From Sphingomonadales bacterium (GTDB lineage: Bacteria > Pseudomonadota > Alphaproteobacteria > Sphingomonadales > Sphingomonadaceae): a stretch of DNA of 64,000 bases. Within the stretch, counting starts at the first letter, position 1. The number at the start of each line of letters is the position of its first letter. The stretch covers positions 19,700 through 83,699 of the forward strand of contig JAYVGQ010000100.1 in the NCBI GenBank assembly GCA_043771985.1. Direction: 5' to 3'. Below, one piece after another: positions 46,350 to 55,904 of this stretch. Made by a program: the position numbers and the translations under genes. Below the pieces are notes generated by a model. It did not search any database. It was not told the DNA's origin and worked only from the letters and a program-made list of their open reading frames with translations.

Positions 46350-46823
46350 GCTTTGTGGCGATTCGGGTTCAGCCGCTAGCGCCTGCTCTTCATCATCGTC
46401 GTCGTCGTCAGCCCCCTCCTCAACCACAGCATCAGCGTCAGGCAATCCTTTCAGAACGTCTGCAAATAGGATGACAGGCGGGCGGCGCTTACCAAAGCCG
46501 ATCGTAACGCCCCCCGATGGAGGCACCCGGCACCCAGTGCCGGGAATACATGCAGCGGCATCCGCATTGGTCCTGGCACCTGATCCCTCTTGAATTCGCT
46601 GATCACCAAAAATCAGCTGATCTTCGCCATTATCTATTTCTGCGCATACAACGATCCCGTCGCTCTCAACGACTTCAGGGCATTTTTTCCCATCTTCGAC
46701 CGTGATAATTTCGTCAGATCGGATTTTAACGATGGCCGCGACATCCTCTAAAGGCGCAATAGGCGCTTGGGCAAGAACGGGGGAGGCAAAGAGCAACAGC
46801 AATGTGAACACTGCTCTCGACAT
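46338..46823 (-). CDS. Hypothetical exported protein
   Basis: Signal peptide ending VLA-Q; KCP...GIVVCA and CIPGTGC cysteine pairs; acidic tail. Confidence 0.7.
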   Translation of the reverse strand: MSRAVFTLLLLFASPVLAQAPIAPLEDVAAIVKIRSDEIITVEDGKKCPEVVESDGIVVCAEIDNGEDQLIFGDQRIQEGSGARTNADAAACIPGTGCRVPPSGGVTIGFGKRRPPVILFADVLKGLPDADAVVEEGADDDDDDEEQALAAEPESPQSLFP

Positions 46824-46931
46824 CCTAGCGCTCCTTGCCTATCGCAGCCGCAACTTTCGACCAACTACACCCTGACGGCGATTATCTGTATGCAGGATTA
46901 ATAGCCAAGATTATGCAAAAATGGAGAAATT

Positions 46932-47903
46932 ATGCTGGCCCGAAGCGATATTCTTGACCGCGTATTGGTGTTGGAAATGGTCCGCGTTACCGAAGCAGCA
47001 GCGATTGCCGCTGCAAAACTGATCGGTCGTGGTGACGAGAAAGCGGCGGATGCCGCCGCTGTTGAGGCGATGCGAGCGGCGCTGAACGAACTGCCGATGG
47101 ATGGCACTGTCGTCATCGGAGAAGGCGAGCGCGATGAAGCACCGATGCTGTTTATCGGTGAAAAGGTCGGTTCGGCAATTGGCACTGGCCCCAAGATCGA
47201 TATCGCGCTTGATCCGTTGGAAGGCACAACGATAACGGCAAAGGCGGGTCCCAATGCACTTGCCGTGCTGGCCGTCGCTGAAGAAGGCAATCTGCTCAAT
47301 GCGCCTGACGTCTATATGGACAAGATCGCCGTTGGCCCCGGCTATTCGCCAAACATCGTCAATCTCGATAAATCCGTTGAAGAAAACGTCCGCGCCGTGG
47401 CCAGTGAAAAGGGTGTTCGGCCCGAAGAACTGATCGTGTGCGTCCTTGACCGTCCCCGCCATGAAAAACTGATCGCAGAACTGCGCACGCTTGGCTGCGG
47501 CGTGATGCTGATCCCCGATGGCGATGTTGCGGGCGTAATTGCCACGACCAATCCTGACACGACCGTCGATATCTACATGGGTTCAGGCGGCGCACCCGAA
47601 GGCGTGTTGGCCGCCGCCGCTTTGCGCTGTGTCGGTGGCCAGTTCAAAGGCCGCTTGCTGTTCCGCAACGATGATGAACGCCTACGCGCGCGCAAATGGG
47701 GCATCGAAGATTTGGATAAAATTTACGATCTTGAAGAACTGGCTAAAGGCGACTGCATCTTTGCCGCAACCGGCGTGACCGATGGTTCGTTACTCGAAGG
47801 CGTCAAACGTAACCGCGATGGCAAAATGACCACCGAAACCGTGGTTATGCGCGCCTCGTCAGGCACAGTGCGCTGGGTGAAAAGCGAGCATGGCGGGCGT
47901 TAA
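46932..47903 (+). CDS. glpX: Class II fructose-1,6-bisphosphatase
   Basis: VRVTEAAA, VIGEGERDEAPML, DPLEGT, PDGDV, GGAPEGV, FAATGVTDG. Confidence 0.96.
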   Translation: MLARSDILDRVLVLEMVRVTEAAAIAAAKLIGRGDEKAADAAAVEAMRAALNELPMDGTVVIGEGERDEAPMLFIGEKVGSAIGTGPKIDIALDPLEGTTITAKAGPNALAVLAVAEEGNLLNAPDVYMDKIAVGPGYSPNIVNLDKSVEENVRAVASEKGVRPEELIVCVLDRPRHEKLIAELRTLGCGVMLIPDGDVAGVIATTNPDTTVDIYMGSGGAPEGVLAAAALRCVGGQFKGRLLFRNDDERLRARKWGIEDLDKIYDLEELAKGDCIFAATGVTDGSLLEGVKRNRDGKMTTETVVMRASSGTVRWVKSEHGGR

Positions 47904-48391
47904 AAAACGCCCAGAGCCAACCCCTCTGCGATAACCGCGCCCAAATCGCGGGCGGCTTGCAAATCCGCCTCGCCGATCACCTTGGCTGCCAGTATAGCTT
48001 CGGGCGTTTGCGCGTTTGTGCAGACGATCTTGCTGTCGGCCACTTTTTTCAATCGCCAGCCTGTTGCAATGCGTTCTACCTGACGCACAGCGTTGCTGCC
48101 ATCCGACCCTGCGCAGACCACAACCGCATAAGGCCGCCCCTCAATTTGGCCGAGGCAAGGGTAATAGCAACGGTCAAAGAACGCTTTCATCACTCCGCTG
48201 ATCGCGGCCAGATTTTCCGGGAAGAAAAACAGATAGCCGTCTGTACCAAGCAAATCGCCGGCCTGCGCATCGCGCGCCGCGATTAAATGCACTTCAACAT
48301 CGGGATTCTCGTGCGCACCGTTCTCAGCCGCCAAGGCCAAAGCCTGTGCCCCGCCGGTCATGCTGTCCCAGATAATGGCTAAGTGCTTCAT
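47900..48391 (-). CDS. Flavodoxin-like protein
   Basis: DSMTGGAQ FMN loop, PENLAAISGVMKAFFDR, CAGSDG. Confidence 0.85.
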   Translation of the reverse strand: MKHLAIIWDSMTGGAQALALAAENGAHENPDVEVHLIAARDAQAGDLLGTDGYLFFFPENLAAISGVMKAFFDRCYYPCLGQIEGRPYAVVVCAGSDGSNAVRQVERIATGWRLKKVADSKIVCTNAQTPEAILAAKVIGEADLQAARDLGAVIAEGLALGVF

Positions 48392-48476
48392 GCCAACGTC
48401 CTTATCAGGCAACCGCAGCGATACAATCGCTAGCACCCTTCCCTAGAGCATCAAGCGTCTCTATATCGCCGACTCT

Positions 48477-49241
48477 ATGCTAGCTCGCCTCTTCAAACGC
48501 ACAGCGTCCAAACGTCCGCTCGACACTGCGCACGTGCCTGTGGGTGTTCGCGTCTATGCGATTGGCGATGTGCATGGGCGCAACGACTTGCTGCTAAAAC
48601 TGCTCGATCAAATCGGCAGCGACGACACCGCACGCGGCGCTGCAGACACGCAGATCATCTTTTTAGGCGACCTTGTGGATCGCGGCGAAGACAGTGCAGG
48701 CGTGATTGAAACTGCGATGCGCCTACGGGCGGCGGATACAGATGTCCGCTTCCTTTTAGGCAATCACGAAGAAGTGTTCATCCAAGCGTGTCGCCAGCGT
48801 GACCTTAAAACTCTGCGCTTCTTTCTGAAAATCGGCGGCGATGCGACTTTGCAAAGCTATCCCATTCCCCGTTCGGAATACCTAACCATGACTTTGGAGG
48901 AGCTGGCTGAGCGGTTACCCAGTCTGATCCCCGAGGCGCATCTGGCGTTTTTGGAAAGTTTTGAGGATCAGATTGTCATCGGCGATTACGCCTTTGTCCA
49001 TGCCGGCATCCGCCCGGGCGTGGCGTTATCCGAACAGAAACGCAGCGATTTGCGCTGGATACGCGAAGAATTTACCGACCATCGCGGCGATTTGGAAAAA
49101 GTCGTGGTGTTTGGTCACACAATCTATCCCGAAGTTGAAGAGCGCGGTTCGCGCATCGGCATTGATACCGGCGCATACGCCTCGGGCGTGCTTACCGCGA
49201 TCGGCCTCGAAGGTGATGAACGCTGGTATCTGCAGACTTGA
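48477..49241 (+). CDS. Metallophosphoesterase (PPP/PrpA-like Ser/Thr phosphatase)
   Basis: GDVHG, GDLVDRG, GNHE, VHAG, VFGHT, GIDTGA. Confidence 0.9.
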   Translation: MLARLFKRTASKRPLDTAHVPVGVRVYAIGDVHGRNDLLLKLLDQIGSDDTARGAADTQIIFLGDLVDRGEDSAGVIETAMRLRAADTDVRFLLGNHEEVFIQACRQRDLKTLRFFLKIGGDATLQSYPIPRSEYLTMTLEELAERLPSLIPEAHLAFLESFEDQIVIGDYAFVHAGIRPGVALSEQKRSDLRWIREEFTDHRGDLEKVVVFGHTIYPEVEERGSRIGIDTGAYASGVLTAIGLEGDERWYLQT

Positions 49242-49247
49242 AAAATG

Positions 49248-49281
49248 AAAGGGCGGCATCCGATATCGGATGCCGCCCCTT
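49248..49281. terminator. Hairpin terminator between convergent genes
   Basis: GGGCGGCATCCG-ATAT-CGGATGCCGCCC perfect 12-bp stem. Confidence 0.75.
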
Positions 49282-49309
49282 CGAACGTTTCAGGGTGTTG
49301 AACGGGTAA

Positions 49310-50014
49310 TCAGGCGACTTGTTGATGCTCACTTTCGTCTTCAAGATCGCGCAGCACATAGCCGCGGCCCCAGACGGTTTCGATATAGTTTTCACCCATG
49401 CACGCCAACGACAATTTCTTGCGCAGCTTACAGATGAACACGTCAATGATTTTCAATTCAGGCTCGTCCATGCCGCCATAAAGATGGTTCAGGAACATTT
49501 CCTTAGTCAGCGTGGTGCCTTTGCGCAGCGAAAGCAATTCGAGCATCGCATATTCTTTGCCGGTCAGGTGCACGCGAGCGCCATCGACTTCGACGGTTTT
49601 GGCATCAAGGTTGACCGCCAACTTACCGGTGCGGATGACCGATTGGCTATGGCCTTTGGATCGGCGCACAACAGCATGAATACGGGCGACCAGTTCTTCG
49701 CGGTGAAACGGCTTGGTCACATAATCATCAGCACCAAAGCCGAATGAGCGGACTTTTGAATCCATTTCCGAAATGCCCGACAGGATTAGCACCGGTGTCT
49801 GCACCTTAGCGACGCGCAGTTTTTTCAGCACATCATAGCCGTGCATGTCCGGCAGATTAAGGTCGAGCAGGATGATATCATAATCATACAGCTTGCCCAG
49901 ATCGAGGCCCTCTTCGCCCAGGTCGGTCGTATAGACATTGAACCCTTCAGTCGCGAGCATCATTTCGATGGCTTTCGCGGTGGTAGGTTCGTCTTCAATT
50001 AGCAACACGCGCAT
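49310..50014 (-). CDS. ctrA: Cell-cycle master regulator CtrA
   Basis: [71 protein letters not shown]. Confidence 0.98.
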   Translation of the reverse strand: MRVLLIEDEPTTAKAIEMMLATEGFNVYTTDLGEEGLDLGKLYDYDIILLDLNLPDMHGYDVLKKLRVAKVQTPVLILSGISEMDSKVRSFGFGADDYVTKPFHREELVARIHAVVRRSKGHSQSVIRTGKLAVNLDAKTVEVDGARVHLTGKEYAMLELLSLRKGTTLTKEMFLNHLYGGMDEPELKIIDVFICKLRKKLSLACMGENYIETVWGRGYVLRDLEDESEHQQVA

Positions 50015-50089
50015 GGCAAGCTGGCCCCTCTTTGCTTTTGTGCAATCCCCTACGGCTTTGTTGCTGCGCAACTTGGCCGGTGGAAATCA

Positions 50090-50134
50090 TTAACCATAAC
50101 GGAAATGAACTGAAAAGGTTAATTTCGTCTTAAC
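50090..50134. promoter_or_regulatory. CtrA-binding sites in the ctrA promoter
   Basis: TTAA-TTTCGTC-TTAAC (50119-50134) full site and TTAACCAT (50090-50097) half site; GANTC sites nearby. Confidence 0.82.
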
Positions 50135-50339
50135 ATGCGGAACTCCGCGAGTCGTAAGGGATCAGAAGCGGCAAAACTGACTCATTTCTGCGGTTTTTAA
50201 CGATATGGAGGCGTGCAAATAAATTTACCGCGCATGTGGTGCCGCGCAGGTTTTTGGGCCTAAAACGTATTTGCTAAACCAAACTGACCCCGTTAGCTTT
50301 GCTAGCAGGGCGCCTAACTGACTTCGAAGGAGCAAAATT

Positions 50340-51389
50340 CTGACCCCTGATCGCAGACAAATCATGGCAGGGCTAGCGGCGCTTATGGCGGCACCGGCAT
50401 TTCCTGCGACGTTGGCTCCGGTCAAACCCGGTGCGCGGGCCAAGCCACCTCGCATCCGGCCGGGGGACACGATTGGCTTGATCGAGCCTGCCTCTGCAAG
50501 TGACGAGGCGTTCGACATTACATTGGTTGAAGAAGCCGTTGTCGCCATGGGGCTGAAACCCAAGCGCGGACAGCATGTCCTTGGGCGTTATGGCTATCTG
50601 GGCGGGCAAGACAAGGACCGCGCGGCTGATGTGACGACAATGTATGCCGACAAGGACGTGCGCGCCATATTGTGCGTGCGGGGTGGCTGGGGCTGCGCAC
50701 GGCTGCTACCCTTTGTCGACTGGGATGTCGTTCGCGCCAATCCAAAGCTGCTGATCGGCTATAGCGATATTACCGCGTTGCACATGGCGGTCGCGGCCAA
50801 GGGCGGAGCGTACACTTTGCATGGCCCAAACGGGTCGAGTGCTTGGGGAAAGTCATCATTAGATAGCTTCAAGGCGGTTGCGTTTGACGGCGCAATGCCG
50901 CTGTATAAAAATCCGGTTGCCAGCGAAGAGCGGATTATTCAACGCCGGTCCCGAACGCAGGTGCTGACGGGCGGCAAAGCGCAGGGGCGGTTGCTGGGCG
51001 GCAATTTGACGGTGCTGTCGGCACTGGCAGGGACGCAGTATATGCCAAGCTTTGACGGCGCGATCTTGTTTCTTGAGGACGTCGACGAAGCCGAATACCG
51101 GATCGACCGCATGCTGACGCAATTGGGCCAGGCTGGCGTATTATCAAAGTTGGCGGGCGTGGTCTTTGGCCAATGCACCAATTGCCGCGATGCCGATGGT
51201 AGCGGCCAAGGCGGCGGCTTTACGCTGAACGCGTTGCTGCAACAGCATCTGGGGTCGCTCGGCGTGCCGGCCTATCAAGGCGCATGGTTTGGCCATATTC
51301 CCGACCAGTTTAGCTTGCCGCAAGGCGCACTTGCCGAAATTGATGCAGATGCCGGGACATTACAGTTGCTGGAATCCGCAGTGATATGA
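50340..51389 (+). CDS. LD-carboxypeptidase (peptidase S66) with Tat signal
   Basis: RGGWG nucleophile elbow, IGYSDIT, GGNL, FLEDVDE, FGH; RR motif lies upstream of the first ATG (50364), so the start is placed at CTG 50340. Confidence 0.85.
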   Translation: MTPDRRQIMAGLAALMAAPAFPATLAPVKPGARAKPPRIRPGDTIGLIEPASASDEAFDITLVEEAVVAMGLKPKRGQHVLGRYGYLGGQDKDRAADVTTMYADKDVRAILCVRGGWGCARLLPFVDWDVVRANPKLLIGYSDITALHMAVAAKGGAYTLHGPNGSSAWGKSSLDSFKAVAFDGAMPLYKNPVASEERIIQRRSRTQVLTGGKAQGRLLGGNLTVLSALAGTQYMPSFDGAILFLEDVDEAEYRIDRMLTQLGQAGVLSKLAGVVFGQCTNCRDADGSGQGGGFTLNALLQQHLGSLGVPAYQGAWFGHIPDQFSLPQGALAEIDADAGTLQLLESAVI

Positions 51390-51793
51390 TTCGTACCGGA
51401 TTGCGCTGGTTATTGGCCATTTTCTATTTCATCGCTGGCGTTGCCCATCTGCGCAGTCCGGCGGGGTTTCTTGCGATCACCCCTGATGGGGTCCCATTTC
51501 CCGCTGCGGTTGTCGCGTTGACCGGCGTTGCCGAAATCCTTGGCGCGATCGGACTGCTTATCCCGCGCACGATGATCGGTTGGGCACGCCCTGCCGCAGG
51601 GATTGGCTTGGCGCTCTATGCGCTGTTGGTTTGGCCCGCCAATTTCAACCATGCGTTCAATAACATTCCGTTGGGCGGTTCAACCGCAAGCTGGTGGTAT
51701 CATGGGCCAAGGCTGGTTGCGCAACCGCTGATCATCTGGCTGGCATTATGGGTTGGCGAGGTGACGCGTTGGCCGTTCCGCCGCAAAGCTTGA
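51386..51793 (+). CDS. DoxX-family membrane protein
   Basis: FYFIAGVAHL, TGVAEILGAIGLL, VWPAN, PRLVAQP. Confidence 0.8.
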   Translation: MIRTGLRWLLAIFYFIAGVAHLRSPAGFLAITPDGVPFPAAVVALTGVAEILGAIGLLIPRTMIGWARPAAGIGLALYALLVWPANFNHAFNNIPLGGSTASWWYHGPRLVAQPLIIWLALWVGEVTRWPFRRKA

Positions 51794-51862
51794 ATATAGC
51801 ACCGCGCTTCCCATTTTCTGATGATTCCGGCGGACCACTTCCCCGCCGATGCGGATATTTTC

Positions 51863-52588
51863 ATGACAGACACCCTAACGCGCACCAGTTTGGTGGTTGA
51901 GCACCGTCCGTTTGCAACGCTTGGCAAAGCCGATCACGGCTGGTTGCGCGCCAACCACCATTTCTCCTTTGCTTCATACTACGACTCTGCGCGCATGCAC
52001 TGGGGTGATATTCGCGTTTGGAATGACGACGAGATTGCCGGGCAAACCGGCTTTCCGCCGCATGCGCATGATAATATGGAAATCATCACTTATGTCCGCG
52101 AAGGCGCGATTACCCACCGCGACAGCATGGGCAATCTGGGCCGGACAGAGGCTGGCGATGTGCAAGTGATGAGTGCTGGCACGGGTGTGACTCACAGCGA
52201 ATTTAATCTGGAAGATGGCCTTTGCCGCCTTTTCCAGATTTGGATCTTGCCGCGCGAACGCGGCGTTGCCTCTGCATGGGATCAGCGGCAGTTCCCGAAA
52301 TTGGGCCTGTCTGGCAACTTCACGGTTCTGGCAAGTGGTTATGGCGAGGCCGACGCGTTGGTTATCAACGCCAACGCCCGTGTGCTCGGCACAACAGCAG
52401 CAGCAGGCGAAACGTTGACTTTTGCCGTCAATCCCGGTCGCCATGCCTATCTGGTCAGCGCAAAGGGCCGCATCCGTGTGAACGGCGTTGAAGGCCAAGC
52501 GCGTGACGGCTTTGCAATCACCGGCGACGGCGCATTGACGATCGAGGCCATCGACGATGTCGAACTGGTGATGGTTGATAGCGCCTAA
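51863..52588 (+). CDS. Pirin family protein (YhhW-like)
   Basis: HHFSFASYY, GFPPHAHDNMEIITYV, HRDSMGN, MSAGTGVTHSE, QIWILP. Confidence 0.92.
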   Translation: MTDTLTRTSLVVEHRPFATLGKADHGWLRANHHFSFASYYDSARMHWGDIRVWNDDEIAGQTGFPPHAHDNMEIITYVREGAITHRDSMGNLGRTEAGDVQVMSAGTGVTHSEFNLEDGLCRLFQIWILPRERGVASAWDQRQFPKLGLSGNFTVLASGYGEADALVINANARVLGTTAAAGETLTFAVNPGRHAYLVSAKGRIRVNGVEGQARDGFAITGDGALTIEAIDDVELVMVDSA

Positions 52589-52607
52589 TCATTCAGTCTA
52601 AGGGCGG

Positions 52608-53012
52608 ATGATGGCTTTTGACCTGCCCGAAGACGCCTTGAGCGAAACCTTTCTCGCCTCCACTGGGCCCGGTGGGCAGAATGTGAACAAGGTCGCGACG
52701 GCGTGCCAGCTGCGCGTCGATGTTTATGCTTTGGGTTTGCCGTTGTTTGCCTTTCGTAAGCTGAAAACATTGGCAGGCAGCAAAATGACTGTCGCAGGCG
52801 AATTGATCGTTACTGCACGAAGCCACCGTACGCGCGAGGCCAATCGTGCGGATGCGCGAAAGCGTGTGACTGACATGATCGACGAAGCTTTTGTCCGCCA
52901 GCCGCCCCGTATCAAAACCAAAGTGGGTAAAGCCGCCAAGGCGCGCCGCGTCGATAGCAAGAAGCGGAGCGGTGAGGTAAAGGCTGGACGTAGAAAGCCT
53001 GCATTTGATTGA
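52608..53012 (+). CDS. arfB: Alternative ribosome-rescue peptidyl-tRNA hydrolase ArfB
   Basis: GPGGQNVNKV GGQ motif and basic C-terminal tail. Confidence 0.93.
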   Translation: MMAFDLPEDALSETFLASTGPGGQNVNKVATACQLRVDVYALGLPLFAFRKLKTLAGSKMTVAGELIVTARSHRTREANRADARKRVTDMIDEAFVRQPPRIKTKVGKAAKARRVDSKKRSGEVKAGRRKPAFD

Positions 53013-53019
53013 CCTCCTT

Positions 53020-53105
53020 CGTCATTCCGGCGAAGGCGGGAATCCATCTCCCACTGATGAAATTTACAGCTCCGGTGTTGGACACCCGCCTTCGCGGGTG
53101 TGACG
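53020..53105. repeat. REP/RPE-like palindromic element
   Basis: 27-bp arms CGTCATTCCGGCGAAGGCGGGAATCCA / TGGACACCCGCCTTCGCGGGTGTGACG. Confidence 0.88.
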
Positions 53106-53124
53106 AAACTAAGGGATCGAAACT

Positions 53125-53607
53125 GTGTTTGAATTCGACATTGCCCCCGACCGGCCTAAAGCCGAACTGTATGATGATCTGTTAAAGGCTGCCGATGCGC
53201 TGACTGATGGCGAGCCCGACGGCGTTGCCAATATGGCCAATATCGCGGCATTGCTGTGGCAGTTTCTGCCCGATCTGAATTGGTCTGGATTTTACAGGAT
53301 ATTGGACGGTGAATTGGTGCTTGGGCCGTTTCAGGGCAAAGCTGCGTGCATCCGTATCCCGCTGAACAAAGGCGTATGCGGCGCGGCAGCGCGTACAGCG
53401 ACCAGCCAGCTGGTTGAGGACGTCCACGCATTTCCCGGACATATCGCCTGTGATGCGGACAGCCGGTCGGAGTTGGTGGTGCCAATTATCCGCGACGAAG
53501 TGGTGATTGCCGTCATTGATCTCGACAGCCCGCTGCCGTCGCGCTTCGATACTGCAGACCAAAAAGGGATCGAGACACTCGCGCAATTACTCAGCAACCG
53601 CATCTGA
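53125..53607 (+). CDS. GAF-domain protein, free methionine-R-sulfoxide reductase (MsrC/YebR)-like
   Basis: NWSGFY, LGPFQGKAAC, GVCGAAA, FPGHIACD, SELVVP, DLDSP. Confidence 0.88.
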   Translation: MFEFDIAPDRPKAELYDDLLKAADALTDGEPDGVANMANIAALLWQFLPDLNWSGFYRILDGELVLGPFQGKAACIRIPLNKGVCGAAARTATSQLVEDVHAFPGHIACDADSRSELVVPIIRDEVVIAVIDLDSPLPSRFDTADQKGIETLAQLLSNRI

Positions 53608-53689
53608 CCAACCTGCGTCATTTTGGAACATGCCAGCGTCGCAGACCGCATTTTACATCCGCGCGATTGGCGGGTGACGTAAAAAAATG

Positions 53690-53705
53690 TTAAGGCGTGC
53701 TTAAC
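53690..53705. promoter_or_regulatory. CtrA box upstream of the RcnB-family gene
   Basis: TTAA-GGCGTGC-TTAAC, 52 bp before ATG 53757. Confidence 0.6.
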
Positions 53706-53756
53706 TATCGGGTCGCGCTATCTGCGCGGCTTATGATGCTTAGGGAGCTGTTAACC

Positions 53757-54983
53757 ATGAAGAATCTGTTATTTGCTGGTATCGCAGCAACATCGATGCT
53801 GACAATCAGCCCTGCCACAGCGGCCAGCGACTCGTCGGCATCCAAAGCAGAAACGGGCAAATCAACCTCGATTGGTGGAGTTTTCGACGGTCGCCGTGGC
53901 GGCGGACATGTCGTAGCACCGCGTTCGGGCAGCCACGGACATAGCCTCGGCGGCAATCACCGTTGGGGCCACCGGATCAGCGGCCGATGGTTCGCGGGTT
54001 TTCAAGCACCCGGCGGCTGGAATGGCTATCGCGCTCCTTTCCGCGGTTACACACTGCCAACCTATTGGGTGCAGCCAAGCTATCGCATTATCAACTTCCC
54101 GACTTATGGCCTTTACGCACCGCAAACCGGCCAAGGTTGGTCGCGTTATTATGATGACGCTGTGCTGACCGACAGCCGTGGCTATGTGCACGACCACCGC
54201 AGCAACATCCCGTGGGATCGTTACGAGGGCGGCTATGCCCCCGGCGAGTATTCAGAAGCGGATTACGGCCCAGCCATGGGCGCTGATCGCGGCGTCTATT
54301 CCGGTGATGAGCGCGTTTATTCGGGTAACGGAAATCCTCCGCCGCCCCACCCACAAGTCGTTTACCAGCAAGGAACTGGCGAGCAAGATTACCGCCAAAA
54401 TCGCTATGACCAATCAGGTTATGACCAACGCGGATATGACCAAAACGATTACGCGCCTGCGTATCAGAGCCGCTACGGATTTGAACGTTATGAACGTTGC
54501 CTGCAAGATCGCGGTGTTGCAGGCGGCGCGATTGGCGCTGTCGTCGGCGCTGTTATCGGCAACCGCGTCGCTGGTCGGGGAGATCACCTCGCCGGTTCGC
54601 TAATCGGTGGCGGTATCGGTGCACTTGCCGGTGTGAGCATCGAAAAAGCGACCAACAAGTGCAAAAAATACCTGCCGCGCGATGACCAATATTATTACAG
54701 CCAAGGCGGATATCAAAACGGTGGCTATCAAGGTCAGCCGCAATATGCACCGCCGCCGCCACCGCAGCCACAAGGCAATCCTTATGGCTATCAGGGCGGA
54801 TATTATCAGAACGGTTGGTATTATCCCGCGCCAACAGTGACAACAATCACTGTATCGCCAGCTGTCACCACAACGACGACCACGACCGAGGAGTATCATT
54901 ACGAAACGGTCGCGGTTGCCGCCAAGAAAAAGGCCGTACGCAAGTGGAAGCCGAAACCAAAGCCACGCTGCGGTTGCAGGTAA
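53757..54983 (+). CDS. Exported RcnB-family / glycine-zipper low-complexity protein
   Basis: Signal peptide, RcnB-like YGLYAP...WSRYYDDAVL, YDQxG repeats, glycine zipper GAIGAVVGAVIGNRVAG...GGGIGALAG, basic tail. Confidence 0.78.
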   Translation: MKNLLFAGIAATSMLTISPATAASDSSASKAETGKSTSIGGVFDGRRGGGHVVAPRSGSHGHSLGGNHRWGHRISGRWFAGFQAPGGWNGYRAPFRGYTLPTYWVQPSYRIINFPTYGLYAPQTGQGWSRYYDDAVLTDSRGYVHDHRSNIPWDRYEGGYAPGEYSEADYGPAMGADRGVYSGDERVYSGNGNPPPPHPQVVYQQGTGEQDYRQNRYDQSGYDQRGYDQNDYAPAYQSRYGFERYERCLQDRGVAGGAIGAVVGAVIGNRVAGRGDHLAGSLIGGGIGALAGVSIEKATNKCKKYLPRDDQYYYSQGGYQNGGYQGQPQYAPPPPPQPQGNPYGYQGGYYQNGWYYPAPTVTTITVSPAVTTTTTTTEEYHYETVAVAAKKKAVRKWKPKPKPRCGCR

Positions 54984-55001
54984 GCGGAGTGCCAATGATA
55001 C

Positions 55002-55030
55002 AAAACCCGCTGGAAACGGCGGGTTTTTTG
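55002..55030. terminator. Bidirectional intrinsic terminator
   Basis: AAAACCCGC-TGGAAACG-GCGGGTTTTTT. Confidence 0.82.
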
Positions 55031-55047
55031 TTTGCTAAGCTTTGCCC

Positions 55048-55806
55048 CTAAAGCGGAATAAACGCTGGCACGCCGGTGTCAAAATCTACCCAGCCGCTAG
55101 GGGTCAGTTTCTCCAGCGGGCGATAGCGGGTTTTGTATTGCATCCGCGCCGCACCCTCGACCCAATAGCCAAGATAGACATAGGGCAGTCCCGCATCGCG
55201 GGCGCGCATGATGTGGTCCATGATGATGAAATTGCCGAGACCCGGCCGGCCCTCTGCCTCTGAATCATAATAGCTATAGACCATCGATAAGCCGTCGCCT
55301 TGCTGATCAGTAATACACGCGCCCACTAAATCGCCGGGTCGGCCATAGTTCGATGGCAGCCGGTATTCGACCACATGGCTGTGTACGGGTGTTTGTTCGA
55401 CCATGTCGGAATAATCGATATCATCCATCCCCGACATCCCGCCGGTTGGATGGCGCTGGCCCAGATAGCGTTGCAGCAACGAGAACTGTTCGGATGTCGA
55501 CCACGGGCGACACGCGCGCACTTCCAGATCAGCGTTCCGTTTCAGGATTTTGCGCTGCGTCGCATTGGGTTCAAAACCATCAGTCTTTATCCGCACCGCA
55601 ACACACGCTTTGCAATCGGCGCAGCTGGGGCGATAGGCGACATTCTGGCTACGGCGAAACCCAATCCGGCCAAGCGCCTCGTTCAGTTCGGCGGCATGGG
55701 CGCCGGACAGTTCGGTGAAAACCTTACGCTCCGTCTTGCCCGGCAAATACGGGCACGGGCTGGGGCTTGTCACAAAGAAGCGGGGAAAACGGACGGGTGC
55801 GGTCAT
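55048..55806 (-). CDS. Arginyltransferase-like (Ate/Bpt Asp/Glu leucyltransferase)
   Basis: PCPYLP, GFRRSQ...[28 protein letters not shown]. Confidence 0.9.
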   Translation of the reverse strand: MTAPVRFPRFFVTSPSPCPYLPGKTERKVFTELSGAHAAELNEALGRIGFRRSQNVAYRPSCADCKACVAVRIKTDGFEPNATQRKILKRNADLEVRACRPWSTSEQFSLLQRYLGQRHPTGGMSGMDDIDYSDMVEQTPVHSHVVEYRLPSNYGRPGDLVGACITDQQGDGLSMVYSYYDSEAEGRPGLGNFIIMDHIMRARDAGLPYVYLGYWVEGAARMQYKTRYRPLEKLTPSGWVDFDTGVPAFIPL

Positions 55807-55904
55807 GGAACCCCAAACGAAGCAAATACGTGAATGGAGCACCAACTATGACGCGTTCCTGCCGTGCTGAAAAGAGTGTTTACCAAGAACAAGACAACGA
55901 CCTG

